A DNA stretch of 64,000 nt from Camelus ferus (taxonomy: Eukaryota), in assembly GCF_009834535.1 (NCBI RefSeq), contig NC_045696.1, positions 118,422,001 to 118,486,000 of the forward strand. The letters run 5' to 3'. The position numbers were made by a program, and so were the translations under genes. Positions 51,470 to 62,860 of this stretch are shown piece after piece. Position 1 is the first letter of the stretch; the number at the start of each line of letters is the position of its first letter. Under the pieces are notes generated by a model. It had not been told where the DNA came from, did no database searches, and saw only the letters and a program-made list of their open reading frames with translations.

Positions 51470-51672
51470 AATAAAACGTGCATTTAAAATGTGATACCTC
51501 GAAAAATAAAGAGCTCCACTAAGAGGTGTCCGCCCCATGGTGCTCCTATACCAGATCTGTGGCGTCCGGGTGGAAGACAGATTTCAGGATGAGGGTGTCT
51601 CCCCGGACCCTCTCAGATCGCAATGCATAGCTGACATAAAGGGGGACCACCCAGGTAAGAATAAGCAGAGGC
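51470..51672 (+). repeat. Left arm of a long inverted repeat (203 bp)
   Basis: Matches the reverse complement of 52619-52824 at ~83% by hand alignment. Confidence 0.93.
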
Positions 51673-51884
51673 AATACTTTAGCCTCTGCCGCCCAGATTA
51701 GTTCCCCCATAGTAGAAATATAATCCAGGGACCCTTCAAGAGGAAGATACACTGTTCTTTTAAAAATGCAAAGAAATAATTTGAAATCGGCACAAGGAGG
51801 CTGTGTGGTCCTTTGAGTAGACTATAACTTTGCATGGCTACAGACAGCTAGAGCAAAATAAGCAAGAATACGGAGCACAAATTC

Positions 51885-52025
51885 TCATTTGAAAGTCCAT
51901 GGATCCGCTGGGGAAATGGACTTGAAATGGTTTGCACATGAGTACGTGTGCGGATGGTTGTGTGTATATTTTAGGGGAGAGGGTTCCTAAACTTGATGAA
52001 ATTCTCAAAGGGGGCCACAACCCTC
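51885..52025. mobile_element. MER103-like hAT-Charlie fragment
   Basis: ttttaggggagagggttcctaaacttgatgaaattctcaaagggggccacaaccc. Confidence 0.6.
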
Positions 52026-52081
52026 TCTAATTATATAGAGAATGGAATTTAAGTGTCACTATTTTATACTTTATAAAGTTT

Positions 52082-52660
52082 TGTAAAGAGGAACACAACA
52101 CACCCATTGCCACTACCTCTCAAACTCATCTGCATTCGGACTCAGAAGTATCAGAGGAAGTAACTTTGTGGAGCTGGAACTCCGGCTAGTTCTAGACTGG
52201 ACGCAGGCCTGGGCTGAGAAGCCTCGAGTCCATACAGAAGGACTGGTGTGTAAGTGGACAATGGCCAGGCAGTACAGGATCACGGGACTCTGACCTGCAT
52301 AAGAAGCCAAACTCCGCAGCAAAATCAGCCCAGAATGGTCAGGACTTGGACAGCGACTGCCAGCTTCCCTATTTTTGCCTGCTTCTAACTCAGGACCCAC
52401 CAGGGAAAGCTAAATACACTCCCCAAATCAATCACCAATGATGCTCGTCTTCTAGATAGCCCAGTCACAACCATACTGACAACCTCCAGTCAGGCGTGCC
52501 TACAGCCTTCCCTTGTCCACGCTATAAAGCCTTCCTTCTCCTCTGACTGCCTTTGAGCCTTTGCCAAACACAAGTGATGGTAGCAGGTGCTCTTGTCAGA
52601 GCAAGCTTTGTGTCGGTAGCCTCTGGTTATTCTTCCTTGGGTAGTCATCCTTCATTTCAG
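52082..52660 (+). mobile_element. Solo ERV LTR (ancient eutherian MER-type; subfamily not determined)
   Basis: Approximate TG...CA ends; cagcccagaatggtcaggacttgg...gactgccagcttccct, TATA-like ctataaagc and ctgcctttgag...gccaaacacaagtgatggt match a recalled LTR family. Confidence 0.7.
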
Positions 52661-52824
52661 CTGTGCATTGAGATCTGAGAGGATCCAGGGAGACCCCTTC
52701 ATCCTGAAATCTCTCTTACACCCGGACATCACGGAGCTGGTATAGGAGTGCCATGTGAGCAGACATCTCTTAGAGTTTAGCACTTTATTTTTCGAGGTAT
52801 AACATTTTAAATGCGTGTTTTATT
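52619..52824 (-). repeat. Right arm of the long inverted repeat (206 bp)
   Basis: Reverse complement matches 51470-51672; overlaps the last ~40 bp of the LTR. Confidence 0.93.
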
Positions 52825-53589
52825 TTAAAGACAGTTAGACCCTTCTGAGCAAATTGATAGCTCAGAACCTTAGGGTGAGAACTGTTCACGGGTAACAGAA
52901 TAGAAAATGCCAAATAGATGACATTCAGCTGGCTCCCAGCAGCACAGGGCTTCTGCATGGGGAGTAGGAGAATGCCCTTTGGGGTCCTGGTGGCAGTGGG
53001 GTTCTCCGCCCAGTGTACACTGGCCTCTTCCCTTATGGGCGCTCTCTCTTTGCACGTAGCTAACTGGCCACGCCCTACCCCCTCCCAACTCTCCTACCTC
53101 CTTAGAGCTGATCACAAGAGGCCCAGGATAGCCAGTAGCTCAGTACTAAACACAAAGGACCTCAGTGTTCACTCTACTTTCGACTGAGATTGTATATAAC
53201 TATCATAGTAGATTTCTGTTAAAAAAACATTGACTATAAATGTTAACATTTAAAATGTCACAACTTTTATGGCCTTGTATTGGCATTTCTTCATCTTGTA
53301 ATATACTGGGAGTTTAAAAAAAAATCAGAGTGGCCCAGCTTCTCCCAGCCTTTGGGAAGCCTTCTCCCTCATGTCTGTGTCTCTCCTTTTTATTGGATCA
53401 TGTTTTTATAGTAATGTTTCCTGGGTGGAGGGGAAGTGTAGACGTTAGTAGAGACAGAATGCTAAGAGGGGTTTGGCTGTGTGTTTGCGTCCCGGCCGTT
53501 GGTCCAGTGACTGCACGTATGGAGTAAGCTGATTAGAAAACCCACACCCAGGACTGAGAGGAGATGTGAGCAGAAACCAGCGCCTCGTT

Positions 53590-53781
53590 TAGTGATGCTC
53601 ACACTGTGATCTGAAGATCAGCAGCATCAGCAACTCCAGGGAGCCGGTTCAGAATGCAAATGATCAGGCCCCATCCCGGTCTCAGCGTCAGAGTCTGAAA
53701 CTTCGAGGATGGGTTCTGGCAATCTGTGTTGTAATAAGCCCTCCAGGCAAATCTGATGATGCTAAAGTTTGAGACCATTAC
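53590..53781 (+). mobile_element. MER5A-like element
   Basis: cagcagcatcagca...agaatgcaaat...aatctgtgttgtaataagccctccagg...gctaaagtttgagacca. Confidence 0.85.
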
Positions 53782-53919
53782 TCTAATTAAAAGAGTCATC
53801 CAGTAGTTTAAGCCTTTTCTCTTCTCCTAGAATAACATTTTACATGAATGCCTGGTGGGTTTTAGGAGCCCTGACAGCTGGCACCAAAATGAGGAAGAAA
53901 CAGGGATCAGTCACCTAGT

Positions 53920-54071
53920 CCATGGCTCCCCAAACTTTAATCTACACAGAGATCCTCTGGAGGTCTTGTTAAAATGAAGATTCTGATCCAGCAGGACTAC
54001 ACTGGGGGCCTACGTTTCTAATGAGCTCCCCAGTGATGGTGCTGGTCCTGGGATCACCCTTTGAGGGCAAG
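53920..54071 (-). mobile_element. MER5-family element
   Basis: cttgttaaaatgaagattctgatccagcagg...tttctaatgagctccccagtgatg...gctggtcctgggatcaccctttgag. Confidence 0.8.
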
Positions 54072-57000
54072 TCCCATGGACTCCAGGCCCCAGCTGCAGA
54101 GCATCTGAGGTCTAGGCGAGCAGCAAGCCAGAGTTCAGGAAGTGAAGGGAGAAGGTCCAAGGGGACTTGGGCGGCCTTGACCCATTCCTCCATAGATGTG
54201 ATCAGTTACTACTTAGAGTGCGGGTCTGAGAAGCCCTCTAGAGATGAGAGGAACCAGGGAGATGTCTGATGAGCAGCTGGGAGGCCTGTGAGAGAGCAAG
54301 GATGCAGCCTCAAGATCAGGAAGACCCCTGACTAAGAAGGGCTGACCCAGGGAGGAGGAATCATAATAATTTAAGAAATACGTGTTAGCCGCCTACTCTA
54401 CGTCAAACACCATGACCCCAGGGAGCCTGTGATCTGCTGGAGAAGGAGAGAAACCAAACCAAACTGTCAGGAACTGACCCTTTAGCTGCCCAGGTAAGCC
54501 ATAAGAGTAGAGAGGTTACTTCTCAGCAGCTTTCACCCCCGTCGTCCTCCTGAGTCAGGGCTAAGATTCCAGCTGCACCCTGGTTAGCGTCTACAGCAGG
54601 GTTCTCAGTGAGAGCACGTCCTGTTCATATAACCAAATCTCCATTGGGATCTTACCATCTTTCAAGAGCTTTATTTGAATTTGCTGGTAAATCACACATC
54701 CTAAAGTTACTCTGTCCTTGAAATACTATACTTATAATCAAAATAGGAGGTCTACCTCTGAAAGAGTGTGAGTGTGTATATGTGAAAATGTTCAAGGATT
54801 ACACAGCCTCAAAACATGATGGTCACCCTCTGTGCCCCACACTCTCACGAGCATCTTTTACCTCTGGAAAAGCCCAGATACACAAGGCTTTGCTTTCCAT
54901 TGAGACTATTTTTGCAAAGGGCATATTATAGTTGCTCTGACAAAACAGCTTCAAACACTTGCCAAAGAGAATAAATTACAGTAGGAATGGGTGATAATTA
55001 TTAGGAACTTATTTTTGGAAGAAGAAACCTTCCTTAATAGAGGGCTATGTACTGCCCTCTGAAAGGAACAGAGAATTTTCCCCAAAGTCAAAAATACCCT
55101 TTTAACAATTGATGCACATATGGGGGTTAAATTAGGTTTAACATGTATTCCCAGAGAGCCAAATTCAAGCTGATTCAACTCGTGAATCACAAGGACTCCC
55201 TCAAAAGCAAATTTCAGTTCTTTAGAGAGGATAACTAATTTGAATTTGCAGTTCCTTTTGTTTTGAAGCCGAGTTTGATGGGCTTGAAGTATTTACATCT
55301 TTCCGTAACCCATGCAGATCCCAAATATTTTTAACATCAAATTGAAATGATTGACTAGATTTAAAAAAAAAAAAAAAGCAAACAGGTGAAGCATCTTCCA
55401 GTAACATATTCTACAAAGCTGTTAGAAGAATCATAATGTAAAATTAGGGGAAAAAGTGATTTATTCTGGCTTCCCTCTTTTGTGGCTTTGCTCTCCAAAG
55501 AAGTTAGAATTAAAGATCAGAATGCCTTGTGACCCTAATTATAATAACTGCAGTATTTGGTTCTAGTTTTAAGACTGTTTTCACAGAGTTGATATTAAGG
55601 AAAACTCAGAGTAAATTAACTCAAAAGGAACTGAGTACAAAGGAACTCAATATAAGAAGAGCCTAAACTCAGTCAAGGAAGTGGGAGCCACAAAGATGAA
55701 CCCTTGGGTTTGCTTTTATTTTTCTCTGATCCAAACACAGAATTTGGATTCTGTGTTTATTCTCTACCAGGCATGGATTATTTAAAAATTAACTGTTAGC
55801 TTTGAAGAGTACAAGTGAGCAGAAAGCAAAAGTCAAAATTAATGCCATTGAGCAAAAATCTAACATTGCTCTTTTGTGTTCCGGTATGCGTACCCAGTGC
55901 TGTCATTTCATGATCACGGGTTACTTAAGATTCCCTGATAATGTTTGTTAAGTTAGATTGAATATACCCTTTCTATTTCACTTGTTCTTCTAAAGTGGCT
56001 ATACCTGTATCTCAGAAGAAAAAGGAAATGAATTTCTAGTATATTAACACACTTTGTGCATGTCTAACCCACTACAGCCTTGTTGGATTAAGGCTGTGTT
56101 TGTTTAAGCCTCAGTCCAACTGATCGTTTTCATAAACTGATCGGTAAAAAATAGATTTCTCTTGGTGTTTCCATGGGTCATTCACCAAGCAATAACACCA
56201 TCAGAAGTTACTGATCCTCGGGGGATAAGCAGCTTAATTATACAGAAATTTAAAACAGGGAATACTCGTTTAAGTACAAACATAGAGACTGTCCTGTCTT
56301 TGAGTGGTTTATTATTAAATTTAATACTTCAGATGGCCCTTTTGGTTTGTGTAGATTTTAATAACTAAGTAGGTCCGGTAAAATATGAATTATTGTATTA
56401 TCACAAGTGATAAAATGTATATGGTTACGAGCATTGCAATCTGTAGGTGTAACGTACATAATTCAAGATTAATAGTATCAGGCAATTAAACTGAAGCTAA
56501 AAGAAGGGTTTAATGCTACCCTTAAGTGTAACAAACTCTCGCTAAATATTTTTAACTGCAATAAAAGCATTTTAATTCTAGGAGTGATTTCTTCGTAAGA
56601 CTTCATTCCTTAGAGTAAGTTTTCCTTTCTAAGAATACGAAAGTATACTGAAATAATTTCTGTTGGTAGCTCATTCCATAAAGAACTGATTTTTTTTTCC
56701 TTGACTTTTAAGCTAAGCTCAATGAAGAAAGCTCAAAACAGCACAGGACATTTTATGTGTGGTGAATATGTGTTTGAACTTAATCTAATTGGGATTAAAA
56801 TGATTAAATTATTGGTAAGGTCATTGTTGGTCCCAAAGCATTCCATTCGTCATAAGGTACTTCTTAAATATTTTGAGAATTTGGCCTTAATTTCCCTGTA
56901 ATTGTACATAAAATAGAAGAAACTGTATTTTACTTTAATTTAATATTTTTCCATGTACAACTTACTAACAGTCTTAAGTAAAAGAAACCTGCTAGGCATC

Positions 57001-57225
57001 TAAAAATAAATTTTTTCTTCTGTGGTTCTGGTTTTTTTTTCCCCACCTCCTGAATTATTTTTTTGCTGCCACTAACAAGACCAATGCCTGTATTTCCAAT
57101 TTAACTACACCTTTGCTTCTCAGTAGCGTGACAGGTGGCTTTACAGTGAGTTTAACAAGACCTTGGTAAACACATAAAGCACTTAGCAAAGTGTACAGAG
57201 CTCTTTACAAAGAACCTTCTAGATA

Positions 57226-57258
<33 letters not shown>

Positions 57259-57264
57259 TACACA
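57226..57264. repeat. Compound (TC)n(AC)n microsatellite
   Basis: tctctctctctc followed by an AC run with one interruption. Confidence 0.92.
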
Positions 57265-58196
57265 GAATTTGGTCCTTGCCATGGAACAGTTTAGCAGTGT
57301 AGTTGGCAAGGTGAAACTTCAGAAATAAAGCAATGTAAAACATTTGTAAAGCAGCACATCGCAGGTTGCACATTAAGTGTAAAAGTACTGGAGACTTGCA
57401 TCGTGCGCAGCTTTGAAGATGAGCATTACTCCGTGTTGATCCCCAGGTGTCTGCATCCCCGCTCCCCGGCGCCGCGGGGCCACTGCTGCACGTGTGTGTG
57501 TGGGGGGGGGTCATTTCTGCAGCTATGCCAACACAACCCGAACAGTAGGAAAGTTGCAAGAGAAGGTGTTTGGGCAAGAACTGGGCATTTTGTTATAGAA
57601 ATAATAAGAATAAAAGTTATTTCTTTTAAAAGGCTACTTAGTTCCTTCTTTTTGCTCTTGTCCTGTCTGTGATGGAACCAAAGCTGTGATTGGCCATAAG
57701 AAAATGAGAGGAATTTGAACTTTAGGGGAAAGGGGAAAAGATCTCATTGTATTCTCCTCTGTGGTATGTATTAACCTTCATCAGGTTTTTTGGGGGTGGG
57801 GTTTTGTTTATTTCCTATGTGATGTTTATTGTATTATGATAAATGTCACCTTTTTTCAAAAGTCATTTTTATTTCAATAGGAGATACTAGGGAAAACATA
57901 GGGAAAAATTTTTCTCTACACATAATAAGACTAAGCAAAAGCAGTATCTTTCAGGAAACAGCAGCAGCAATTGCTAAATGGGCTTATTCAGATAAAGAAA
58001 GCATTCAGATAACCTCTGGGAATGAAAGGCACAAATTCAGGGCATGGTATTACAGGTGTGGTACTTGAACTTTGTACTGGCATCCGAATTTGAACCATGA
58101 AGAATCAGTTAAATGTCAGAATTTTCAATTTTGAAAATGCCAAAATTTGCCTATCCATCAAACCAAGATAATTATTCTTTGTTTGTTGACTTAACG

Positions 58197-58428
58197 TTTT
58201 TCAGCTTTATTGAGGTATAGCTGACAAATAACATTTGTAAGCTATTTAACATACGTCATGACGACTTGATGTACATTTGTGCACGTTGTGAAAGGATTCC
58301 TACCACCTGTGTGATGAACACGTCCATCACCTCACCTGGTTATTTTTGTGTGTGTGAAATCGAAGTTCTACTCTAAGCAGATTTCAGTTACACAGCGTTA
58401 CTGACGATGGTCACCATTAGATCCTCAT
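58197..58428 (-). mobile_element. L1MA-type 3' end fragment
   Basis: cagctttattgaggtatagctgacaaata...ttgtgaaaggattc...aacacgtccatcacctcac...ggtcaccat. Confidence 0.8.
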
Positions 58429-60241
58429 CAGTTTGTTCCATTGATGAATTTTTCTCCTGGTTGTGTCCATCGGATAACTGAATCACCACATTCTAAATGT
58501 TTTTGTCACTTAATAACACAAATGTAGTTATCAGTTCCAAGGTCCTTTAGACAAGTGCCCCAGATGGTTTAATCCGGGTGCTTTTTGCTTTGCCCCTTCC
58601 CTCTGCCTCCCCTGATGCTTTTTTCAAGACCAGTTACATGTTTGTAATTAAGAAGAGCAACCTGTTTAATTTAGAGATATTTTTGTACTTCTTAAAACAG
58701 TACATGTTAGCATTTGTAATTTGAAAGAACTAGAAGTGTTTAGAGAAATAATGTTTTATCCGAAGCCATATAAATATAGTCATATTAGACAAAATATATA
58801 TGTTTTTTGGTTTTTTTAGTCATAGCTCTTATTAGTAGTGGAGTAAGAATTGAAAAGTAGATAAAAGTCATCAGCAATAAAAATTTATCCTTTTTAAAGA
58901 ATAAATGTTACTTTGGCATTAAATTTTTCTACTGAAAACCTGAGTAACAGTTTAAATTTTAGTTGAAAATACAATTTAATTATTATTCAGTTGATTCATT
59001 TGGTAAGATGAGTAAAAGAACTCAAGTACTTGATCATATGGTTCTTAATAAACTGTGATACTTACGTGTGATTATACACTATTTTGTCACAGCTTTTTGA
59101 TTCCTCCTTAAATGTAATACTCCCTGAAAAAAGTAGTATTTGAATTTTTTTGGCCTCACTTTAACCTCACAGATGGTTATATTTGATTTTGAATTTTGCA
59201 AAGAACTAATATCTCTTAACAAATTTTTGAAAAATTTCTTCTATTTCTGTACTATTTGGTAGTACTAGAAATTTGAAATTTTTTATTCTTCACTGTGTGC
59301 CAGAATCACATGGAATTCTAGCTAAAGTTCCTAGAGAAGGGCTTATGTAAGAAAATTATAGCCACATGTATAAAATTAGAAGTAAATGAATAAAAAGTAT
59401 CAAAGTGAATTACTTTAATTTTCTTGTAAGAATTAGACATAAATAGCTTAGTACTTACCTAGAGTCTGAAGTGTTACTATTTATGATATATAATTAAATA
59501 CAGACCTTGTTTAGTATTCTCATTCTGATGTCTGTTTTGCAGCATAGGTATGCATTTTCCTAGCCATAGAAATGACTATATTGTAAAAAATACCTCTAGA
59601 AAGATAACCTTGCTGTTAAGGTATATCTATTCTAAAGTTAAAAATTAAGTATCACTATATGTTTCCTTTGAAATAACTGTCTATGCTTGACAAAAAAATA
59701 TATATATATATCTTATGGGAATAGTTTTACGTAAGAGTGAAATGTGAGAGGGCATTTTTCTGTTTGTCTGTAGTAATTTGTCTTATGACCATTTGCAAAG
59801 GTCCAATTAACCCGTCCCCCCCCAAAAAAAATCAGTAGTAGTATAGAATTTTGTTTGGAAACAATTTGGAAAATTGTCATTTTTAACTCATAACCTTACA
59901 TACGCAGTAACAGACTAATATATATTCATTTTCCTCTTTGCCTTTTAGAGATTTTTGATTTCTGTTACATGTGAAAGATTTCTACCCTTTTCAAATATTG
60001 TACTTGTGTTTTATACATATAGGAATAAAGTTTAATGATTGTGGCCTAATTATAAAATTACCAAACTCATTTGAAAGCTTAAAACTTGGATTTGACTGTA
60101 TTATATTTTTGATATATAATATTTGCTCAGTGTGATCATTCAAAAATTATATATTGTTTCACAGTTACGGGAGAAAGTGGTTCCTCTTTATATTACTCTC
60201 AGAAGTACTGCTTGCTGAATTTGGGTTTTGTTTCTCCCCAG

Positions 60242-60384
60242 ACGGTGGGTACGGCTGCTGTTTGGACGAGAGTTCCCCCTGCAGGATCTCCTGGTGGTCT
60301 GGGACGCCTTGTTTGCAGATGGCCTCAGCCTGGGTTTAGTGGATTATATTTTCATAGCCATGTTACTCTACATCCGAGACGCTC
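60242..60384 (+). CDS. TBC1D5: Internal coding exon of TBC1D5 (143 nt, starts phase 2, ends phase 1)
   Basis: Acceptor gtttctccccag ends at 60241 and donor gtaagt starts at 60385. Translation a+RWVRLLFGREFPLQDLLVVWDALFADGLSLGLVDYIFIAMLLYIRDA+c carries the typical TBC C-terminal W..LF.REF....L..WD motif. Confidence 0.97.
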
Positions 60385-62069
60385 GTAAGTGTCAATGACC
60401 TTGCCAACAGTCAAGTAGGTGGTCCTGAATTTTTTAACTGTGTCTTACCTTTTATATTTACTTTATGTTTTATTTCGAATTATCATACCTGCATTTTTAT
60501 AGTAGGCAATATATCAAAGTTTCAAAGGAACAAACTAAATATAGATTTTGTTAGTTATCCATGTACCTGTTGGGAGATGTGGGTGATTTTATCCTGAGAG
60601 AATTGGAATATTCTCCAGAACCATTTTTCTAAACACTTAACTCCTGCTTTAATCTCCTCATTACACACATTTGGGAAACATACATATAAAAAGCCGGTGT
60701 CTCGGATATGTTTAGAGCTCCACCTTCTGACAGGTAGGGAGTATTCAAGAATATTTATCAGGAGACTGGAGCTGTTTCTGTAGTATCAGCAACATGCCAA
60801 TAAGAAATCAGTATTTCATTTAAAGATCTTTTAACTTATTCTCAGCTATATTTTGGCCAAATGTATTTGTCAGTAGAGTGCCAGGTGGTAGGTGGATTCC
60901 CGTCTCATCAGACCCACCTTCGGGTGCTTGCCATGGCTGGGAAGTCGGTGCCAGTCCCGTTTGAGAGTCTGATAATCCTCTGCTTGAAGGAAATATCAGA
61001 GCATGTTTTAAATTTCAAAATACCTCAAATGGTTTTCCTTCTCTGAAAAATAATCGCAGTCCACAAAACAAGATTTGTAAGCCAAAATATAATTAGGAAA
61101 GATTGCACAAAGTGATGATGAAATAGGAAATAAGAAACTACCATAAGGGTGGGACATTGTCAGAAGCACATAAGCTGCTCGGAGTCGCTCACAGTCCCGG
61201 CTGCTCACTTGCTGTGTGGCTCCGTGTTTGTTCGCTGAGTACCAGGCGTGCCAGATGCTCTTGCTGGGCCTCTGGAAACACTAATAATGTTCTTTCAATT
61301 CTAGATTATACTTTTTTAATTCCTCCCAAATTACTTGAATGAATAAGTGACAGGAGCACCACATTTTATCCAGAACTTGTGGTTTTTTGTTTGCTTGTTT
61401 TTTTTTTTTGTTTTGTTTTGTTTTTATTCGTGCCTTGAAGATCAGATGGTTGGGGCTTTGCCACACAAAGTGAAAAGTTCCTTTCTTCTGAGTCAGAGCT
61501 AACTGTGTAAGAACATGGAAATTGTAAGAGGAAACATCTGGGAAGAAGAGAAGGATGTTTGAGTAGATTTGATGAACAATAGAGTTTAGGATATTCAAGA
61601 CTAATCTCTCATTTTAAAGTTGTATGATTTTAATATAGTGTACGTGAAAAACCAAAAGATTGAGAGGCCTCTTTTAGTTAAAAAAAAAAAAAAATGCTTT
61701 TGGATATTTTCCCAAAGTTTCTGAGTCAGACAGCTTTCGAAATGTATTCTGATTTTCACTGGTGTTAAACAATTATTTACTCCTTTCTTAACTTTGATTC
61801 ATCAGAACTGTATTTTAATTTAATTACCCTGTTTCCTGTGCTAAGATCTACTTTTAAAAATCAGTTTCATAAAACCCTTGTATGTTTTTCATCCCCGCAC
61901 TGATGACATTATAAAACACACAGGCACAATGGGAAAATGCGGGGGTAATGAATTTGTTTATTTCAATATTGAGTTTCAAAATTATTTTAAAATTAAGCAC
62001 ATTATTTCAGTTTACTCAGTTAAATCCCTAACAGTGGGTGAGAGTTCCTAAAAATAGGGTGACTATTAA

Positions 62070-62860
62070 GTATTTAAGGGGCACTACCTCTGTCCTCAAG
62101 AAGCTTACCGACTATTAGGAAAGACTGACGTAATTAATTTCAAACTAACATATCTGGTACTGAATAAGGGATCTGCATTCCAGGCAGAAGGAACAGCATG
62201 AACAAGGCTAGGAAGTAAGAAACGGCTCAGTGGGGGGTTGTGGATGTGTTTTTATTTCTACAAGCTGTTTGGTATTCTTAGAGTGCAAAGGGAGAGTGAC
62301 TAACCGGCTGTGAGCCTGAAGACATGAACAGGAATGGGACCACAATGAGAGTCTTAATGCTGTAGGTGATGGGACGCTGTTGAAAGGTTCAGAGCAGGAG
62401 AAGTCTGGTCAGTTTTAGATCACTCCGGCAGCACTGTGGAAATGCTAGACTTGAAGGAGACAAGATCAGAGCGAGGAAATCAGATGAAAGGTTATGACCA
62501 TAGTCCAGGAGGAAAATAATAGATTAAAGAGATCTTCAGAACTGAAGTCCGCATGTCTTAGTGATTAAATCTAATGGGCGAGGGTGAACTGGGGGTCTAA
62601 CATGATCCCCGGCTTTGTGAGCTGACTGGCTGGGTAATACGTATAACTTGGCAGGAAATAGAAGGACCGGCAGGTTTTAGGAATGGATATGATTGAGTTT
62701 GGGCCATGCTGAATCTGAGATGCCTGCAGGAAATCAGTACCTGAAGATGTGGAAAATAAAGCTCCCTGTCAGTATCAAGGCTGCAGGTTTATTTTTGCAA
62801 ATGGTGAATAGGTATGTGTTAGTTAACACCACAGCAGTGGGTGTGATCTCCTAAGAACAG
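62070..62860 (-). mobile_element. Degenerate L2 LINE
   Basis: tctgtcctcaagaagcttac, gcattccaggcagaaggaacagcatgaacaagg, ttttagatcactccggcagc and catgctgaatctgagatgcctg. Confidence 0.8.

Larger units (their letters stand above)
4268..60241 (+). other. TBC1D5: Large U2-type intron of TBC1D5 (55,974 nt)
   Basis: Begins gtaagt and ends ttttgtttctccccag. The flanking exons give the continuous peptide ...APQIYGL|RWVRLLFGREF... Confidence 0.93.

Noticed and set aside
60154..60339. 61-aa ORF overlapping the second exon; likewise 4246-4536 overlapping the first
   Set aside because: Alternative-frame overlaps that cross splice sites; the spliced TBC1D5 frame explains the sequence.
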